Assembly (NCBI GenBank): GCA_014728035.1
Contig: WJMJ01000100.1
Coordinates: forward strand, 1 to 49,642
Source: Promethearchaeota archaeon
Lineage (GTDB): Archaea > Asgardarchaeota > Thorarchaeia > Thorarchaeales > Thorarchaeaceae
Direction: 5' to 3'
Length of the DNA: 49,642 nucleotides
This document shows, piece by piece, positions 46,142 through 49,642 of this stretch (positions are counted from its first letter, which is position 1; the number at the start of each line of letters is the position of its first letter). The position numbers and the translations under genes were made by a program. The notes under the pieces were generated by a model, which was given only the letters and a program-made list of their open reading frames with translations, did no database searches and had not been told where the DNA came from.

Positions 46142-48032
46142 GTTCGCTCCTCCTTTCTCGGAATGTGCTTAGATAGAATAGAAACTCGCGTAATTCAGGT
46201 CTTTGTAGCAGCCATGTTCCCGCACTCTCTACCATTCCTCTGAATTGTTCTTGGTAGTATTTCGCAACTTTATCTGCTACATATAGTGGCTTCAAGTGTC
46301 CAAAGAGCTCCGGTATGCTCATACTTGTCATCCTTGAAAATAAGGACATAACAAATGTCTGCATTGGATTATTGGATGCGTCTGCTACAACCACTTCAAT
46401 TGGTTCTGGATCTTCTGGTCTACTTAGATAATCGTGTTTGAGAATGAGTATGTTGTCAGCTTCACTGTCGATTTCAGGATATACTAATCGGTCATAGAGT
46501 AGTACATTACTTCTAAGTTTGACATCTGACACTGCTTGACAGAGTTGGAAATATGATTTTACGAAGGTCTTGTTTAGAGAAATTTGATTTCTTCTGGCAC
46601 CTGACACGAGACCTTTAATCCCTTCAAAATGTGGCACCACCGTCTTGAATGCGGTATCGTATTCTCTGATAGCCCATGGAACTTCTAATCTTTCTCGTTC
46701 ATGCAAAGATACCCATTGTAGAATCATTCTATCTGTATCTGGAGTGTCTTTGCTCTTGTCATCGAATGTTTGTGATATACCACCCAAGTCTTTCAGGGCG
46801 GGAATAAATTGTCGTTTGAGGTCTCGAGCTGATGTGTCCTTTGCTACCCCTAGTAAGAGACTATTGTTTTCCCAGCATGCCTCCATGGTGAAGAAGATGG
46901 ACATCAGACTAAGAAATGACAGGTCGTTGGTGGTTAACCATCTACCATCGATTTTGAATCGATCTTCGTATGTAACTGAACTATCCTCTGAAAATATTCT
47001 CTCACAGGTTTCTTCAAGCAGTTGTTTTACACGAGACCTGATGTCTTTGTATCTAGGATGAATTTGATACACTTTTCCTTTCCGTGTGATAATTCCCTCT
47101 ACGAAACCTTTACGTTTCATACCCTGCTCTAATTCTTTATCGAGTCTGGTCTTTCTCGTATCAGTGTCGAGTTTCAGTTTTGTTTCAATCTCATCACGAG
47201 TCATTCCCTTTGGATTGTTTAGAAGCTCGCAAATAACTCTATGAAGAAGATATTCTCCTCGGGGTGGGGGTGTTCCGAGACCGCTATTTCCTACCAATGT
47301 TCTAGCATATACCCATTCAGTGTAGGAAAATTCCTTACCGTCGACTTCACTTCCTATAAGTCCGCACTCCTTGTCAAGTGAAATTCGAAACTCTGAGGTT
47401 TCAGCGTAGAATGATGCGATCTCTGCTGATAGAATCCTGTCCATAATTAGAACGTCGATTGGATTTTCTTTGGAAACCAATTTGTACGCGATATAGAATT
47501 CAGCGAGACCCATTAGGTAGTCTGCAAAAGCTGAATTGTCAACAATCCACGAGTCTCCAAAAGTGATGCTATCATCAATTACTCCTTGACTATCTCGCTG
47601 CAGAAGTGTCTGGTCTATGCGAGGAATCTCGTTGATATAGACTGGCAAAATACTAGATACACCAAACCCCTTCTCAAGATACTCTTCTTCGTACTCGACC
47701 TCGATCTCTCCGCTATCTTTGACATGAACTGTTCCGTAAGACGAGTACGCTCCTGCGAAGAAAATCAGCAAATCGAATACTTCTTGTTTATGTACAGAAC
47801 CATCAATTCCAGCAAAACTGAGATTTCTCTTACCAAAGAACGAATCGATAAAAATCGTATCTGTTGTAGCTCCAGAATAATGTACGAACAGTTCTGAAAG
47901 AAATTTGTCGTAAATGCCCTTGAGATTCTCAAATTTGTCTTTATATTCTTCAATTTGTTTTCTAGCTCCACCTAATAATAATTCTCCCGTGGATTTCAAA
48001 CGCTCTTTTAGACGAGAACCTTGGTCTGACAA
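46116..48032 (-). CDS. NurA-like (RNase H fold) nuclease with wHTH-like insertion
   Basis: FAGIDGS, VLIMDRIL, LLGVAKD and LYVADKVAK. Overlaps the herA-like gene by 26 nt. Confidence 0.75.
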   Translation of the reverse strand: MSDQGSRLKERLKSTGELLLGGARKQIEEYKDKFENLKGIYDKFLSELFVHYSGATTDTIFIDSFFGKRNLSFAGIDGSVHKQEVFDLLIFFAGAYSSYGTVHVKDSGEIEVEYEEEYLEKGFGVSSILPVYINEIPRIDQTLLQRDSQGVIDDSITFGDSWIVDNSAFADYLMGLAEFYIAYKLVSKENPIDVLIMDRILSAEIASFYAETSEFRISLDKECGLIGSEVDGKEFSYTEWVYARTLVGNSGLGTPPPRGEYLLHRVICELLNNPKGMTRDEIETKLKLDTDTRKTRLDKELEQGMKRKGFVEGIITRKGKVYQIHPRYKDIRSRVKQLLEETCERIFSEDSSVTYEDRFKIDGRWLTTNDLSFLSLMSIFFTMEACWENNSLLLGVAKDTSARDLKRQFIPALKDLGGISQTFDDKSKDTPDTDRMILQWVSLHERERLEVPWAIREYDTAFKTVVPHFEGIKGLVSGARRNQISLNKTFVKSYFQLCQAVSDVKLRSNVLLYDRLVYPEIDSEADNILILKHDYLSRPEDPEPIEVVVADASNNPMQTFVMSLFSRMTSMSIPELFGHLKPLYVADKVAKYYQEQFRGMVESAGTWLLQRPELREFLFYLSTFRERRSEHERTRRNT

Positions 48033-48159
48033 ATGAATCTCCGAACCACTGTTGTGTATTAGCCTATGTATTCATACCTTAAATTATAATTGCCTATCAG
48101 TAATGGTCCTTGTTCTCTTGTATTCACTATTTTGACTAGACGGTCTTCCATCATTCTCA

Positions 48160-48969
48160 TCATTCATTATATGTATCTAATCCTTGTCCTCCCATCTTTA
48201 CCATGTCAAGACCAATGAACAGAAACAATGGAATGTAGAAAATTCCACTGATCACTAAAATAGTCGCAGCTATATCTATTGCAAATATATGGATTATATG
48301 CTGAAACAAATCCAAACCGATAGCAAGAATTCCAACATATGCGGTTCTTTTCTTGAAATATGGAGTATCAAGCATCATGATACTATAGATTAGAAGTGGT
48401 GCTAACATCATTATTCCCATGAAGTATCCAGCTGTAGAATTCCAGACATTTGAAGCGATAACCGCTTCACCAGCTGCTAAGAGCTGCTGACGTACTGCAT
48501 CAGTTGTTGCCTCTGCGTATTGTGAGCTAAGATGAAATAGAGAAAATACATCACTCTTTGCTAGTCCTAGTGTGACTGAGAGGAAGACCAAAGCTGTAAG
48601 GAGAATTGAATATCCTTCTCTCTTTCTCTTGAAAATACAATAGAAAGCAAAGCTTGTGAAATACATCAAAAACATGAATATGTACATTGGAAAATCAATG
48701 AAACAAAGAGCTAATACAGGATCTTGATTTATCATGGTGAACCATTCTTGAGCGGTTACTGGCATTTGTTGACCACTCATCATGGTAACTGGCATCGAAA
48801 CAAGCATCGTGAATAGCACATATCCTAACTGTAGAATCGCAGCTATTCCTCCAATTATAATCAAATCATCCCATTCAGTTCTACCACTCTTAAGTTCTAT
48901 ACCATTTCCCATAATTTTCAACTCCGAATTACCAGATATCTCTATCATAGTAATATAAAACATAAGCAT
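48160..48969 (-). CDS. DUF4386-like membrane protein
   Basis: About six TM helices with SLFHLSSQYAEATTDAVRQQLLAAGEA and TAYVGI, a pattern I associate with DUF4386. True start likely later (e.g. 48912). Confidence 0.6.
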   Translation of the reverse strand: MLMFYITMIEISGNSELKIMGNGIELKSGRTEWDDLIIIGGIAAILQLGYVLFTMLVSMPVTMMSGQQMPVTAQEWFTMINQDPVLALCFIDFPMYIFMFLMYFTSFAFYCIFKRKREGYSILLTALVFLSVTLGLAKSDVFSLFHLSSQYAEATTDAVRQQLLAAGEAVIASNVWNSTAGYFMGIMMLAPLLIYSIMMLDTPYFKKRTAYVGILAIGLDLFQHIIHIFAIDIAATILVISGIFYIPLFLFIGLDMVKMGGQGLDTYNE

Positions 48970-49048
48970 TTACGGACAGATTTCAATAATTATTTCATAG
49001 GAGGAAGTTGCAGAGAATATTCTCACACCTTATCATACTGCAATTCCT

Positions 49049-49501
49049 TTAGAATCTATCAACCATCTTGGTATCTGATATTTCAATTGAACGTAAAAGA
49101 ATTGCTACGATTACAGAAAAGATCAGACCCAGAATTCCAGAAATCATGAAGAGAAATCGCAAGCTTTCTGTTGCGGTCCATAGGAATGCACCAAAATTAA
49201 CGGATATAATACCAGTAGCACCCACCAAGAATTGGTATGTTCCCAAAGCTCTTCCCCTTGATGTATCAGAAGCTTGTGATACAATAAGTGTTCTTTCTGT
49301 ACCAATCCATGCCATTGTAGAAACTGACCAGAGTCCGTTTAACAAGATGAATACGAAGAATCCAGACAATCGAGAGAACATCAATAATATCGAGAAGTTC
49401 ATGAATAGACCCACAACAAGACCAGCTTTGATGTTCTTATCCGTTAGAGTGCTAATACCATACATTACAATTGTTCCAGTCAAAGCAAATATACTGTAGA
49501 C
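49049..49501 (-). pseudogene. 3' half of an MFS transporter gene, interrupted upstream
   Basis: C-terminal MFS features (SRGRALGTYQFL..ATGII...FGAFLW). Only about five TMs, with an in-frame TAA at 49529-49531 just upstream. Confidence 0.65.
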
Positions 49502-49607
49502 ATACCGTTCATTTTTAGTTGGACAAACTTAGACACCCGAGCTTTGTCCGTCCAGAAACGGTACTGGAACTGGCTCGGTCCTGGTCAGGGATCCTGTGTC
49601 TGTAGAC
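49501..49607. mobile_element. possible MITE/IS end or remnant
   Basis: GC-richer patch with nested inverted repeats TACCGTT/AACGGTA and GGACAAA/TTTGTCC. CTGTAGAC direct repeat at 49494-49501 and 49600-49607. Confidence 0.4.
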
Positions 49608-49642
49608 CAAATCTCTATTCCAGATCACTCCATATAAACTCC

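Noticed and set aside
1-49642. CRISPR array, rRNA, tRNA, integrase, transposase or proviral genes
   Set aside because: No regularly spaced repeats, structured GC-rich RNA genes or mobile-element protein motifs were seen by eye.

Overview
Gene-dense, low-GC (roughly 38% by eye) archaeal chromosomal segment, most likely from an Asgard archaeon (Thorarchaeia-like). The assignment is inferred from longin-domain proteins, a Rab-like G-domain, Mtd/FrhB/AOR/geranylgeranyl reductase and Ig-repeat surface proteins. Housekeeping and metabolic genes include tsaA, asnS, apt, FadD, GGR, GDPD, an esterase, AOR, mtd, an FrhB-family protein, ribA, a CPA2 antiporter, MscS and a five-gene MacB/FtsX-type ABC operon. 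The most notable module is a putative operon (30862-33931) of two paralogous longin + tandem winged-helix proteins (NPRL2/NPRL3-like layout) coupled to a MinD-type ATPase with an atypical P-loop. Next to it lie a membrane protein-HhH fusion and a uDENN/longin-TackOD1 zinc-finger fusion. Other items of interest are a degenerate Rab-like pseudo-GTPase with a long acidic linker, a NurA-like/HerA pair without mre11/rad50, an ABC ATPase-AbrB fusion, a C2H2 zinc-finger protein, two unlisted microproteins, and an MFS gene interrupted by a short inverted-repeat element at the right edge. No rRNA, tRNA or CRISPR array was seen. All family calls come from motif recognition by eye, not database searches.
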